This document shows positions 1 to 9,932 of a DNA stretch of 64,000 nucleotides, piece by piece; the stretch's first letter is position 1, and the number at the start of each line of letters is the position of its first letter. The stretch spans positions 1,248,001 to 1,312,000 of the forward strand of contig CBDCWI010000002.1 of assembly GCA_965223325.1 (NCBI GenBank), written 5' to 3'. The notes below the pieces were generated by a model. The model saw only the letters and a list, made by a program, of their open reading frames with translations, was not told where the DNA came from and searched no databases. A program made the translations under genes and the position numbers. The stretch is from Candidatus Multivoradales bacterium. Lineage in GTDB: Bacteria > Acidobacteriota > Thermoanaerobaculia > Multivoradales > Multivoraceae.

Positions 1-194
1 ATCTCGCCGAGGTCTCCGAGGCGAGCGCGGGCCCGGGCGCGCGCCTCTCCTTCGCTCAAGCCTTCCGCGACGTACTGGCGCCAGCGCGCCTCAAAGTGAT
101 GCTCGATCTCCTCTCGCACCTCATCTCGCACCGGGACCTTCCACAGCGGCGACCGGGGCGAGTGACGATGGTCCTCCGGGCGTTTCGGGCTCAT
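1..194 (-). CDS. ABC-type (ADOP-like) permease, N-terminal part only; runs off the window edge
   Basis: Not in the ORF track. Manual translation MSPKRPEDHRHSPRSPLWKVPVRDEVREEIEHHFEARWRQYVAEGLSEGEARARARARLGDLGE resembles the prefix domain of acidobacterial permeases. ATG overlaps the padR stop (ATGA). Confidence 0.75.
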   Translation of the reverse strand, partial: MSPKRPEDHRHSPRSPLWKVPVRDEVREEIEHHFEARWRQYVAEGLSEGEARARARARLGDLGE

Positions 195-538
195 GCGAAC
201 AACACCTCTGAGACAGCGGTCGAGAATTCGCGCCAGCGTTGTGTCCGCTCCGCCAATGAGGCACGCCCGCTGGCGGTGAGTTGGTAGAACTTGGCGCGCC
301 GACCGAGCTCCGAGGTCCCCCACTCGGCTTCGACCAGACCCTTCTTCTCGAGCCTGTAGAGAGCCGGATAGAGCGAACCCTCTTCGAGGGCTAGAGCGTC
401 GTTGGTGGTGCTTTCGAGCCAACGCGCGATGCCATAGCCATGACGTGGGCCCCAGGTCAGGGTCTTGAGAATGAGTGTGTCGACGGTTCCGCGCAGCAGG
501 TCGTTGGCCGGATGCTGCTTTGAAGAATGCTGTGGCAC
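191..538 (-). CDS. PadR family transcriptional regulator (acidobacterial type)
   Basis: LLRGTVDTLILKTL..PRHGYGIA..EEGSLYPALYRLE..WGTSELGRRAKFYQLT motifs. Confidence 0.93.
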   Translation of the reverse strand: MPQHSSKQHPANDLLRGTVDTLILKTLTWGPRHGYGIARWLESTTNDALALEEGSLYPALYRLEKKGLVEAEWGTSELGRRAKFYQLTASGRASLAERTQRWREFSTAVSEVLFA

Positions 539-626
539 GCCGCGGCTCCTTCTCCACCCGCCCGGGTCCGGGCCTCGGCGGGCTCTCTGGTTCTCTGGTC
601 TGTTCTCTGTTCTGGTACCTGGCTTG

Positions 627-663
627 TCTAGGTAAGGCTAGATCGCATTACCCAGCTTGTCAA
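627..663 (-). promoter_or_regulatory. sigma-70 promoter of the padR operon with an overlapping palindromic operator candidate
   Basis: Minus strand reads TTGACA (663-658), a 17-nt spacer, then TAGCCT (640-635). Palindrome TCTAG-N6-CTAGA (627-642) overlaps the -10. Confidence 0.65.
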
Positions 664-691
664 GGTATCGGTCCCGTTGCCCTCCGGCCCC

Positions 692-1978
692 TCAAAGCCA
701 GCGGCGGACACCCTGGCAATAGCTCCGGTAGCGATCCTGGAACTTCCGCTCGAGGTAGCGCTCCTCGCGCCGCACCACTCCAGGCTCGAGAAGCAAGAGG
801 AAGATCACCGCCAGGACCAGGAACCAGGCACTGTTCGCCCACAGCCCGAGGCCGCCCAGGAGGGCGAGCATCGCCAGGTAGATCGGGTTGCGCGACCAAC
901 GATAGGGCCCCGTCACAACGATCGCCTCGGTGGGCTGCTTGCACGGCACCGTCGCTGCGCCGCGCCGCATCGTGGCGACGGCCCAGACGAACAACGCCAC
1001 TGCAAGCGCCACCAACAACGGGCCGATCACCAACGGCCACGGCTGCGAGAGGAAAGCGAGCTGCCTCCAGCCCCTCAAGAGCACGCCGAGACCGATCAAG
1101 AGCAAGAGCACCACCGGTGGATGAAAAGCGACCTCGGCCCAGTCGGGCGCTGGGTGAGAAACCTGTTCTGGTGCCGGCTGGCGACGGAAGGGGGCAAGCA
1201 GAAGAACGGGCAACCGATTCGCATCCGGCTCGCGCAGATCTCTCAGTCCGAGTTGCATGCCTTCGTGCCCGTCACGCGGCTCGGCACGAAAGGTGCCGAA
1301 GAAGAGGTCCCAGATCGGAAACACGGCGCCAAAGTTGCTGTCGGTCTCAGGCTGCCAACTCGAGTGGTGAACGCGATGCAGATCAGGCGTCACGATGAGG
1401 TAGCGCAGTCGGCGATCGATCCACTGCGGAATCCTGAGGTTCGAATGCGAGAACAGGGTCACCGCAACGTCGAGCAGCTCGTAGACAGCCAGAACCCATG
1501 GTGACAGCCCAAAGGCAAACACGATCGGTAGACCAATCGCTGAACTGAGGAAGAACTCGACCGGGTGAAAGCGCACGGTCGAGGAGACATCGAGCTCGGT
1601 GTCGAGATGGTGGACACGATGAAAGCGCCACAGGAACGGAATCTTGTGGTTGAGAAAGTGAGTGAAGAACGAGATGAAGCCCCGGACCAAGAGGGTCAAG
1701 AGCACCAGTAGCGGGAGCGGCATCGCAACCTGGTGGAAGAGCCCGACCATGCGTTGCTCAGCGATCACCGCGGCACCGATGAAGGAAAGCGGGATGAACC
1801 CTAGGGAGACGATATTGATCGCCGTAAGCGCCCAGTTGGTTGGCCAGCGTCGCAGACGGTCGAGCCGAAGGCGCCGCGGTAGGAGTCGCTCGGCGATCAC
1901 CAAGAGCACCAGGGTGCCGAAGAAGAGCGGCACCTGAAGCTGTCCGCCGTTGTCGAGAATCCAATCTTCAAAAGCCAC
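692..1978 (-). CDS. Sterol desaturase/fatty-acid hydroxylase family domain fused to an ICMT/PEMT-like membrane methyltransferase domain
   Basis: His boxes HFLNH, FHRVHH, HSN, LHRVHH; C-terminal GPYRWSRNPIYL..REERYL..Y..YC..VRRWL. GTG start at 1978 is preceded by AAGGAGG. Confidence 0.85.
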   Translation of the reverse strand: MAFEDWILDNGGQLQVPLFFGTLVLLVIAERLLPRRLRLDRLRRWPTNWALTAINIVSLGFIPLSFIGAAVIAEQRMVGLFHQVAMPLPLLVLLTLLVRGFISFFTHFLNHKIPFLWRFHRVHHLDTELDVSSTVRFHPVEFFLSSAIGLPIVFAFGLSPWVLAVYELLDVAVTLFSHSNLRIPQWIDRRLRYLIVTPDLHRVHHSSWQPETDSNFGAVFPIWDLFFGTFRAEPRDGHEGMQLGLRDLREPDANRLPVLLLAPFRRQPAPEQVSHPAPDWAEVAFHPPVVLLLLIGLGVLLRGWRQLAFLSQPWPLVIGPLLVALAVALFVWAVATMRRGAATVPCKQPTEAIVVTGPYRWSRNPIYLAMLALLGGLGLWANSAWFLVLAVIFLLLLEPGVVRREERYLERKFQDRYRSYCQGVRRWL

Positions 1979-2005
1979 AGTGGCCTCCTTTCTGCCATCG
2001 TTCAT

Positions 2006-2046
2006 ATGACAATACGAATTGTCATGATGACAAGTTACAGTGTCAT
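2006..2046. promoter_or_regulatory. Tandem palindromic operators, probable MarR sites
   Basis: ATGACAAT-ACGA-ATTGTCAT (2006-2025) and ATGACAAG-TTAC-AGTGTCAT (2027-2046) lie between divergent genes. Confidence 0.75.
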
Positions 2047-2522
2047 TGACAGAAAGTTCAGAAAGTTGCGAGACTGCCCCCGTGAGCCCCGCCCTGCAAG
2101 AGACGATCGACGAGGTCCGCCTGCTCTTCCATGCCCTGGTGCGGGCCGGCGAGAGCCTGCACGCGGGAGAGAGCGTCACCATGGGCATGCGCGCGGTGCT
2201 CGAGTACCTGCTCGAGAACGGAGCCACGACGGTCCCAGCGATGGCTCGCGCGCGGGGGGTGACTCGGCAGCACATCCAGAGCCTGGTCAACGCTCTGCGG
2301 ACGCTCGGCTATGTCGAACAAACCAGGAACCCCGAGCACCAGCGCTCCCACCTGATCAGCCTCACCGCCAGCGGCCTCGGAACCATCGAGCGGATGCGCC
2401 GGCGTGAGGGCGAAGCCCTGGCTGGCGTCCGAAAGAAACTCAAGCGAGAAGAACTTCGCCAGGCCGCACAGACTCTGCGCACCCTGCGCTCCACCATTCC
2501 GTCTTCTGCGGCCCGGGAATGA
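2040..2522 (+). CDS. MarR family transcriptional regulator (start uncertain)
   Basis: wHTH TVPAMARARGVTRQHIQSLVNAL..GYVE..NPEHQRSHLISLTASG. Confidence 0.88.
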   Translation: MSLTESSESCETAPVSPALQETIDEVRLLFHALVRAGESLHAGESVTMGMRAVLEYLLENGATTVPAMARARGVTRQHIQSLVNALRTLGYVEQTRNPEHQRSHLISLTASGLGTIERMRRREGEALAGVRKKLKREELRQAAQTLRTLRSTIPSSAARE

Positions 2523-2609
2523 GGTGAGCTGCTACCCTCGTCTGGTTGTTTCTCAGAAACCGTTAGACGATTCGCGCTGGTCGCCGTCCGGGCGCGCGGG
2601 AGGGTTCCC

Positions 2610-4529
2610 ATGAAGACTTCTGCTCCACCGCTCCAATGCTTGTTCCAACGTTGCGCCGCCATCGCCCTCGGCCTTCTGGCAGCGATCCTGGTGATCGGTT
2701 GCAGCGACTCGAGTGAACCAAGCGATGAAGCGGAGTCGAACGCCGGCACCGCCACCGGTGAGATCGCAGTGAATGCAGACCGCGAGGCCTACTTCGGCGA
2801 TCTTCACGTGCATACACGCTTCTCTTTCGACGCCTATCTCTTTGGCACGCGTCGCAACCCCGACGATGCCTACGTTTTTGCCAAAGGTGGCGCCATCGAG
2901 CATGCCTCGGGTTTCGAGATGAAGATGAAGAAGCCGCTCGACTTCCAGGCGGTGACCGATCACGCCTTCTATCTCGGCATGATGCCGGCGATCGGCGAGG
3001 TCGGTGGCGCGTTTTCTGACCATCGCCTCGCCGAGGTGGTCCGCGCAGCGACCACACCGGAGGGTTCGAACGCGGCGTTTGCCGCCGCGCTAGTCAACGT
3101 GCGCCGCGCCGCGCAAGGCGAAGACGTCGAGGACGATCTCGACAATCGTGAGATCGCACGTGAAGCCTGGGCAAAGATCATCGAGTCAGCCGAGCGCCAC
3201 AACGATCCCGGCACCTTCACCACCTTTATCGGCTACGAGTACACCAGCTCCGGTCCGGCCTTCGAGAACCTCCATCGCAATGTCATCTTCAAGGGCAGCG
3301 AAGCACCGGCACAGCCTTTCAGTCGTCTCGATTCGACCAACCCCGAGGATCTGTGGGCATGGATGGACGAGAATCGCGAGAAGGGCATGGATTCGGTCGC
3401 CTTCCCGCACAACATGAATGGCTCCGATGGCTGGATGTTCCAGACCACCAACTGGGCCGGCGAAGCGATCGACGGCGACTACGCCGACCTGCGCATGCGC
3501 AACGAGCCGGTGGTCGAGAACACCCAGGTCAAGGGGACCTCCGACACCCATCCCCTCTTGTCGCCCAACGACGAATGGGCAAACTACGAGATCATGCCGC
3601 TGCGCGTCGCTTCGACCCTCGAGAGCCGACCGCCTGGTAGTTACGTCCGCGACGCCTACCTGCGCGGCCTGGTGATGCAGGAAACCGGTGGCTTCAACCC
3701 CTACAAGTTCGGCGTCATCGGTTCCTCAGACACCCATAACGCCGCCGGTTCCTTTGAGGAAGACAACTATTGGAGCAAGACCGGCATTCGCGATATCGAG
3801 CCCCAGCAGCGTGGCTCGGTGCCACTCGATGAGCCTGGGCCGGACGGCGAGCCCTATGCCAACGGTGCGTCGAAGTACTGGGGAGCCTCGGGACTTGCGG
3901 GAGTGTGGGCGGAGTCCAACACCCGCGAGTCGATCTTCCAGGCTTTCCGTCGCAAGGAGACCTTCAGCACCAGCGGGCCGCACATCAAAGTGCGCTTCTT
4001 CGGCGGCTGGGGTATCGATCCAGCACTCATCAGCGACACAGACAACATTTCGAAGCTCTACCAGGACGCCGTGCCGATGGGCGGCGACCTGTTCGCCAAC
4101 GACAGCGCCGCACCGTCGTTCTTCGTCTGGGCCATGCGCGACCCCGACGCCGGCACCTTGCAACGCCTGCAAGTGATCAAGGGCTGGGTCGAGAACGGCA
4201 AGGTTTCCGAGAAGGTGTTCGACATCGCCTGCTCGGACGGCTCGACCATCGACGCGACCACCCACCGTTGCTCAGACAACGGCGCCACGGTCGATCTCGC
4301 GACCTGCGAGCCAACCCCTGGCAAGGGGGCCACCGAGCTCGTCACCGTGTGGACCGACCCCGAGTTCGACCCTTCGCTACACGCCTTCTACTACACCCGG
4401 GTGCTCGAGAACCCGGTCTGTCGCTGGTCGACCTGGGATGCCCTTCGCGCCGGCGTGGCACCGCGCCCCGACATGCAGGCCACCATTCAGGACCGCGCCT
4501 GGTCGTCACCCATCTGGTACACGCCGTAG
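2610..4529 (+). CDS. DUF3604 domain lipoprotein (PHP-like metallohydrolase fold)
   Basis: Lipobox LVIGC; YFGDLHVHT, AVTDH, NLHRNVIF, GSSDTH and terminal RAWSSPIWY motifs. Confidence 0.85.
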   Translation: MKTSAPPLQCLFQRCAAIALGLLAAILVIGCSDSSEPSDEAESNAGTATGEIAVNADREAYFGDLHVHTRFSFDAYLFGTRRNPDDAYVFAKGGAIEHASGFEMKMKKPLDFQAVTDHAFYLGMMPAIGEVGGAFSDHRLAEVVRAATTPEGSNAAFAAALVNVRRAAQGEDVEDDLDNREIAREAWAKIIESAERHNDPGTFTTFIGYEYTSSGPAFENLHRNVIFKGSEAPAQPFSRLDSTNPEDLWAWMDENREKGMDSVAFPHNMNGSDGWMFQTTNWAGEAIDGDYADLRMRNEPVVENTQVKGTSDTHPLLSPNDEWANYEIMPLRVASTLESRPPGSYVRDAYLRGLVMQETGGFNPYKFGVIGSSDTHNAAGSFEEDNYWSKTGIRDIEPQQRGSVPLDEPGPDGEPYANGASKYWGASGLAGVWAESNTRESIFQAFRRKETFSTSGPHIKVRFFGGWGIDPALISDTDNISKLYQDAVPMGGDLFANDSAAPSFFVWAMRDPDAGTLQRLQVIKGWVENGKVSEKVFDIACSDGSTIDATTHRCSDNGATVDLATCEPTPGKGATELVTVWTDPEFDPSLHAFYYTRVLENPVCRWSTWDALRAGVAPRPDMQATIQDRAWSSPIWYTP

Positions 4530-4547
4530 CCTCCTGGGCTCTCTCCT

Positions 4548-5411
4548 GTGAGCACCGATCTGCAGTTCCTCACCAAAGAGCAGCACGACGCCTTCTCTCG
4601 CGACGGGTTCCTGGTTCTCCCTGACTTTGTCGATGCATCGGCCGTCGCCGCCGTCATGGCGCGCGCCAACCAGCTCGTCAGGGCATTCGATCCAAGAGAA
4701 GTGGTTTCGATCTTCTCCACCAGGGCAGAGTCGCGCACCGCCGACGCCTACTTCCTCGACTCGGCCGACAAGATCAGCTTCTTCTTCGAAGAGGAGGCCT
4801 TCGACGCCGATGGCACCCTTCAGCAGGCCAAGGAACTGTCGATCAACAAGATCGGCCACGCCCTCCACGACCTCGACCCGGTCTTCCAGGAGTTCTCTCA
4901 CACCAGAGATCTAGCGGCCGTCGCCTCAGACATCGGCATGGAAGATCCTCTGCTCTTACAGTCGATGTACATCTTCAAGCAGCCAAAGATCGGCGGCGAA
5001 GTCAACGTCCACAGTGACGCCACCTTCCTCTACACCGACCCGATTTCGGTCGTCGGGTTCTGGTTCGCGATCGAAGACGCCACCACCGAGAACGGCTGCC
5101 TCTGGGCCTTGCCGGGTGGCCACTCGATCCCGATCAAGGAACGCTTTCGGCGACTGCCTTCCGGCGAGACCGACTTCGAGGTCTTCGACGAGACGCCCTT
5201 CCCCGAGGAAGGCATGGTTCCCCTCGAGGCACCGGCGGGGACGCTGGTTCTCCTGCATGGTCTGTTGCCCCACTACAGCGCTCCCAACCGTTCCGAGCGA
5301 TCGCGCCACGCCTACGCGATTCATGCCGTAGAGCGCGCCGCGCACTACCCGAGCGACAACTGGCTGCAGCGCCCGGCAGACTTTCCCTTCGGCGGGTTCG
5401 CCACCACATGA
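4548..5411 (+). CDS. Phytanoyl-CoA dioxygenase family (PhyH/PHYHD1-like) Fe/2OG dioxygenase
   Basis: INKIGHALHD, QSMYIFKQPKIGGEV.HSD, ENGCLW, LPHYS.PNRS.RSR motifs. Confidence 0.9.
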   Translation: MSTDLQFLTKEQHDAFSRDGFLVLPDFVDASAVAAVMARANQLVRAFDPREVVSIFSTRAESRTADAYFLDSADKISFFFEEEAFDADGTLQQAKELSINKIGHALHDLDPVFQEFSHTRDLAAVASDIGMEDPLLLQSMYIFKQPKIGGEVNVHSDATFLYTDPISVVGFWFAIEDATTENGCLWALPGGHSIPIKERFRRLPSGETDFEVFDETPFPEEGMVPLEAPAGTLVLLHGLLPHYSAPNRSERSRHAYAIHAVERAAHYPSDNWLQRPADFPFGGFATT

Positions 5412-5528
5412 CAAGGGCAGCCTCCAGTCTCACCACCTGAGTGGTTGCGTTCGTCCGGTGGCGAAACCATCGGCCGCCACTCTTCGTACTGCTAGTACGG
5501 CCGGCCACACGGCCCGCCACTCGCGACC

Positions 5529-7145
5529 ATGACGGGCGCCTCCACGACATCAGAGCCTCAGCCGCTCGCCCGGCGCCTGGCACTGGCGCTCGCCGGGACC
5601 AAGGTCGCGGTCCACTCCGCGCTGCTCGGGCGCTATGGCATTCACGGCGACGAGATGTACTTCCTCGACTGCGGGCGCCACCTGGCTGCTGGATATGTCG
5701 ATCACGGTCCGTTGGTACCCTGGATCGCGCGCCTCGTCGAGGTCACACTCGGCGACAGCGCCGCCTTCTTACGCATTCCCTCGACGCTCGCCGGCGCGCT
5801 CACCATCGTGCTCGCAATGCTTTTGGCGGCCCAGCTCGGCGGCAGGCGCTGGGCGCAGGGGATCGCGGGCTTGTGCGTTCTGGTCGCACCGGTCTACCTG
5901 CGCGCGCAAAGCCTCCTGAGCCTGCCTGCCTTCGAACCGCTCTACTGGACGGCGGCAAGTCTGCTCGCGCTGTGGGCGCTTTCCCGCGACGCTCGGCTGT
6001 GGCTGGCGGTCGGCGCGGTTGCGGGGTTTGGCCTGCTCAACAAGCACACCATGGCCGTGTGGGGAGTTGCCGTTCTCCTGGGCATGTTGCTCTCACCGGC
6101 CCGCACGGCACTCCGTCGGCCGTGGCCGTGGCTGGGCGGCGCGATGGCCTTTCTGGTGTTTCTTCCCAACCTTCTCTGGCAGATCTCTAACGGTGCCCCA
6201 ACCCTGGCGTTCCTTTCTTCGATGCAAAGCGGCGTGTTGGCTGAGATTCCCCGCTCATTGTTCGTTCTCGGGCAGGTGCTCTACCAGCATCCGCTGACGC
6301 TGCCGATCTGGCTGACGGGCGTGGTCTTCTTCTTTCGCGGCCCCGGCGAAAGTCGGTTTCTTGGCTGGCTATGTGGCCTGAGCTTTCTCATTTTCTTCGT
6401 GCTGCACTCCAAGCCGTACTACCTGGCCCCGGTTTATCCGCTCCTCTACGCCGGCGGCGCGATCGCCATCGAACGCTGGCTCGACCGGTCGCCTACCAGA
6501 CTCAGGTCTGTGCGTTGGCTTCGCTGGCTGGTTCCTGGAGCCCTCGCCGCCGGAGGAGTTCTCACCGGCCTCTTTGCACTACCGGTGCTGCCGCTTGCGC
6601 GGGCCGACGCGCTTCTTACGCCGCTTACCCGCCCGGTTCTCGAGGACCCGGCCGATCTGACCAGCGAGTTCCACGAGCAACATGGCTGGCGAGAGCTCGC
6701 CGAAGGCGTCGACGACTTCGTCGGCGCCCTCTCCTCCGATCTTCAGTCCGAAGTGGTCATCCTGGCCTGGGGCTATGTCGAAGCTGGCGCCGTGGCACGC
6801 TTCTCACGAACCGCGCAGACGAGGCCTGTCTTGAGCGGTCACCTCACCTGGTGGCTGTGGGGACCGGGTGACGCAAGCGATCGAGCCATTGTCGCGGTCG
6901 GCTTTGATCCCGAAGACCTCGGTGAATGGTGCCCCAAGCCGCAAAAACTCATGCGCCTCGGAGCCGAAGCCGCCGGAGAACCTGGAGGCGACCAGAGCTC
7001 GCGGCAAGGGTCGCGACACCTGGCGCCACGCTGGCAGCGCGATCTTCCGATCGCGCTGTGTGAAGGCCGGGGCGAGCCGATCGAGCGCATATGGCCCGAG
7101 CTTCAACGCTACGAGCATCGACCTCGCGCCCAGCTCATCCGCTGA
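5529..7145 (+). CDS. Polytopic glycosyltransferase, GT39/ArnT-like (GT-C fold)
   Basis: HGDEMYF..GYVDHGPL, GLLNKHT, LPNLLWQ, KPYYLAP motifs and many TM helices. Confidence 0.85.
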   Translation: MTGASTTSEPQPLARRLALALAGTKVAVHSALLGRYGIHGDEMYFLDCGRHLAAGYVDHGPLVPWIARLVEVTLGDSAAFLRIPSTLAGALTIVLAMLLAAQLGGRRWAQGIAGLCVLVAPVYLRAQSLLSLPAFEPLYWTAASLLALWALSRDARLWLAVGAVAGFGLLNKHTMAVWGVAVLLGMLLSPARTALRRPWPWLGGAMAFLVFLPNLLWQISNGAPTLAFLSSMQSGVLAEIPRSLFVLGQVLYQHPLTLPIWLTGVVFFFRGPGESRFLGWLCGLSFLIFFVLHSKPYYLAPVYPLLYAGGAIAIERWLDRSPTRLRSVRWLRWLVPGALAAGGVLTGLFALPVLPLARADALLTPLTRPVLEDPADLTSEFHEQHGWRELAEGVDDFVGALSSDLQSEVVILAWGYVEAGAVARFSRTAQTRPVLSGHLTWWLWGPGDASDRAIVAVGFDPEDLGEWCPKPQKLMRLGAEAAGEPGGDQSSRQGSRHLAPRWQRDLPIALCEGRGEPIERIWPELQRYEHRPRAQLIR

Positions 7146-7225
7146 TCACCCACCCGCCTGGTACTCCACCTGCGGTAGCGTGATCGCCTCTCGCAACGTT
7201 CATTCATTCCTCGGAGGCGCTCGCT

Positions 7226-8122
7226 TTGACTATGCCTGCTCTCTCACTCGCCGCGATTCCCAAGCGTCGGCGAGCAATTCTCGACCTGGCGCCGGAAGTC
7301 GAGCGCCGTGGCTGGAACGGCATCTGGTGCCCGAGCCTGGGCGACAACATGTCGTTGGCGCTGGCTCTCGCGATGGCGACCGAGCGGATCGAGATTGCGA
7401 CTTCGATCGCGCCGATCTACCTTCGCCATCCATCAGACTGGGCACAGGCGGCGGCGTTTTTACACGAGATCTCAGAAGGTCGCTTCCGGTTTGGAGTCGG
7501 GGTGAGCCACGGCCCGGTCCACGACCGGCTCCAGATCACACCTGGGAAACCGCTTTCGGACATGCGACGTTTCGTTGGTGCGCTGCGCGAGGTCCCGCGT
7601 ATCGGTGAGCTGCCACCCGTCATTCTCGCCACGCTGCGCGACAAGATGCTGGGGCTTTCAGCCGAGATCGCGGAAGGCGCCGTGTTTGCCAACGGTGCCC
7701 TTTCTCACATGCCGCACTCGCTTGCGGTGCTCGACGACAAGGGTCGCGGCAGCGACTTCGTCGTCGCAAACATGCTGCCAACCGTCATCTCGAATGACTC
7801 ACAAGCCGCAGCGGCACGCAACCGCAGAACCCTTGCCGGCTACGTCGCGCTCCCCAACTACCGCAACTACTGGCGTGCAGCCGGCTTCGAGGAAGAAATG
7901 GACCAGGCCGAGAAGGCCCTCGCGGCTGGCGACCAGGACGCCTTGCAGGCGGCGATGTCGGACCGCTGGCTGCGGAACGTCACGCTCTACGGTTCGGTCG
8001 AACAGGTGAGAGACGGGGTCGCCGCCTGGTACGAAGCCGGGGTGACACCGATCCTCGTGCCGTCGTCAGCGAGCGGCAACCAGCTACAGGCCATCCAGGA
8101 AGTCTTTGACGCCTTCGCCTGA
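7226..8122 (+). CDS. LLM class flavin-dependent oxidoreductase
   Basis: ATERIEIATSIAPIY, SEGRFRFGVGVSH; luciferase-like pattern. Confidence 0.85.
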   Translation: MTMPALSLAAIPKRRRAILDLAPEVERRGWNGIWCPSLGDNMSLALALAMATERIEIATSIAPIYLRHPSDWAQAAAFLHEISEGRFRFGVGVSHGPVHDRLQITPGKPLSDMRRFVGALREVPRIGELPPVILATLRDKMLGLSAEIAEGAVFANGALSHMPHSLAVLDDKGRGSDFVVANMLPTVISNDSQAAAARNRRTLAGYVALPNYRNYWRAAGFEEEMDQAEKALAAGDQDALQAAMSDRWLRNVTLYGSVEQVRDGVAAWYEAGVTPILVPSSASGNQLQAIQEVFDAFA

Positions 8123-8145
8123 CTTACTCCGGCCGGTCCCAGAGG

Positions 8146-9864
8146 TCACGAGCCGACGGGGCCGATCTCTTCTGTGGCCCATTCGCGCAGGCCGTTGTAG
8201 TCCGCCTTGCCGTTGGCGGCCCGGCCGACGGGTCGAAAAAGAATGCGGCGCGGCGCCTTGTAGGGTGCAAGCTCGCTTCTCACCCACGCGGCGATGCGCT
8301 CGGCAGCTTCGGGCGGAGGTGCCGCTTCGGGTTCAACGTCGGCCTCGACGACCGCGGTGACCATCTGGCCGAAGCGCGGATGCGGCACACCGACGCAGAC
8401 CGCATCGCGGACCAGTTCGTGACGCTTGAGCACCTCCTCGACCTCTTCGGGAAAGACCTTCTCGCCGCCAGTGTTGATGCACACCGAACCACGGCCAAGG
8501 AGCTGAATCGAGCCGTCCGCCTCGATCGTCGCCCAGTCTCCCGGTATGGAGTAGCGCACGCCGTCGTACGTCGGAAAGGTGGCGGCGGTCTTTTCAGGAT
8601 CCTTGTAGTAGCCGACCGGCAGGTAGCCGAAAATCGCCACCCGGCCGCGTTCACCGCTCCCCGGCCGCACGCGGCGACCGTCTTCGGTGAGCACACAGGC
8701 ACGGTCGCCGAGAGTGAACGAAGCGGTTCCGGCGGCGGCCTCGCCAGTCGACTCCGACTTGCCCATTCCAATCGCCTCCGACGATCCGAGGCCGTCGGCA
8801 AGTACGACCTCCGGGTGATGCCGCAACATGCCGCGCTTGACTTCCTCGCTCCACATGACGCCTGACGACACGACACTCAAGAGACTGGTGATGTCCCAGC
8901 GCCCGGGTTCGGCGTCGAGGGCCTCGACCATCGGGCGGCCAAAGGCGTCACCAACGATCGCCATCGCCTGCACCTTTTCCTGCTCAATCACATCGAGCAC
9001 GAACTCGGGGCGATAGCTGCGCTCACCCAGGGTCACCACAGAACCGCCGCCGAGTAGAGCACCCAGGGCGGTCAGAAAGCCCGTGCCGTGCATCAGCGGA
9101 CAGGCCGGTAGTTGAACGGGACGGGTGAGCTTCGCTTCGTACTGATTCTCGAGACCAACCAGTCCGCCGGTGAGATCGAAAGGCTCGAGGCGACCGGCGT
9201 TCATGATCCGCCAGAGATCGTCGTGGCGCCACATGACGCCCTTTGGCATGCCGGTGGTGCCGCCGGTGTAGAGAATCCACAGGTCATCGCCGTCGCGTTT
9301 CCAGGGCGGAGAAAACGCATCGACACCGCCTCCGACAACGTCTTCGTAGGGCACCGCCCACTCCGGACACGGCGAACCATCGTCGTCGACCTGAATCCAG
9401 ACAGACACGCCGGGAACCTTTCGGCGAACGAGAGCGGCGCGTTTTGCCAACGAGCTGTGGAAGATCACCGCCTCCGCGTCGGCGTTGTCCCACAGGTAGA
9501 CCAGCTCGGACTCGACATAGCGATAGTTGGTGTTGACCGGGACCAGCGATGCCTTGAAACAACCGAAGACCGACTCCATGTACTCGGGGCCGTTCCACAG
9601 GTACTGCGCCACCTTGCCTTGCCGAGTGCAGCCACGTTCGACCAGATAGCGCGCCAGGGCGTTGGCGCGCTTGTCCATGGCGCGATAGTCGAAGCGTCGC
9701 ACAGCATGTCCGCCAGAAGTCTGGTCGTCAGGCGGAACGCGGCGAACGTAGGCCTGCGCTGGCGCGGTGGGATCATCTCGCACCAGAGCCTCGAAGAGAT
9801 CGGCGAGATTCCACTCGGTACTGCCGACGACGATGTCCTCGGGGGACTCTGGGTTCTCTGACAT
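8146..9864 (-). CDS. Acyl-CoA synthetase (FadD19-like AMP-binding enzyme)
   Basis: YTGGTTGMPKGVMW, GYYKDPEKT, GRGSVCINTGGEKVFPEEVE, NGKADY motifs. Confidence 0.92.
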   Translation of the reverse strand: MSENPESPEDIVVGSTEWNLADLFEALVRDDPTAPAQAYVRRVPPDDQTSGGHAVRRFDYRAMDKRANALARYLVERGCTRQGKVAQYLWNGPEYMESVFGCFKASLVPVNTNYRYVESELVYLWDNADAEAVIFHSSLAKRAALVRRKVPGVSVWIQVDDDGSPCPEWAVPYEDVVGGGVDAFSPPWKRDGDDLWILYTGGTTGMPKGVMWRHDDLWRIMNAGRLEPFDLTGGLVGLENQYEAKLTRPVQLPACPLMHGTGFLTALGALLGGGSVVTLGERSYRPEFVLDVIEQEKVQAMAIVGDAFGRPMVEALDAEPGRWDITSLLSVVSSGVMWSEEVKRGMLRHHPEVVLADGLGSSEAIGMGKSESTGEAAAGTASFTLGDRACVLTEDGRRVRPGSGERGRVAIFGYLPVGYYKDPEKTAATFPTYDGVRYSIPGDWATIEADGSIQLLGRGSVCINTGGEKVFPEEVEEVLKRHELVRDAVCVGVPHPRFGQMVTAVVEADVEPEAAPPPEAAERIAAWVRSELAPYKAPRRILFRPVGRAANGKADYNGLREWATEEIGPVGS

Positions 9865-9932
9865 GGCTCAGCGGCGCTCTCAACAACGTTCTGTTTTGAT
9901 ACAGCCTACCGCGATGTTCTCACCCCGCCCGG

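Noticed and set aside
1979-2290. N-terminal extension of the desaturase fusion
   Set aside because: It overlaps marR and the operators. A strong RBS supports the start at 1978.
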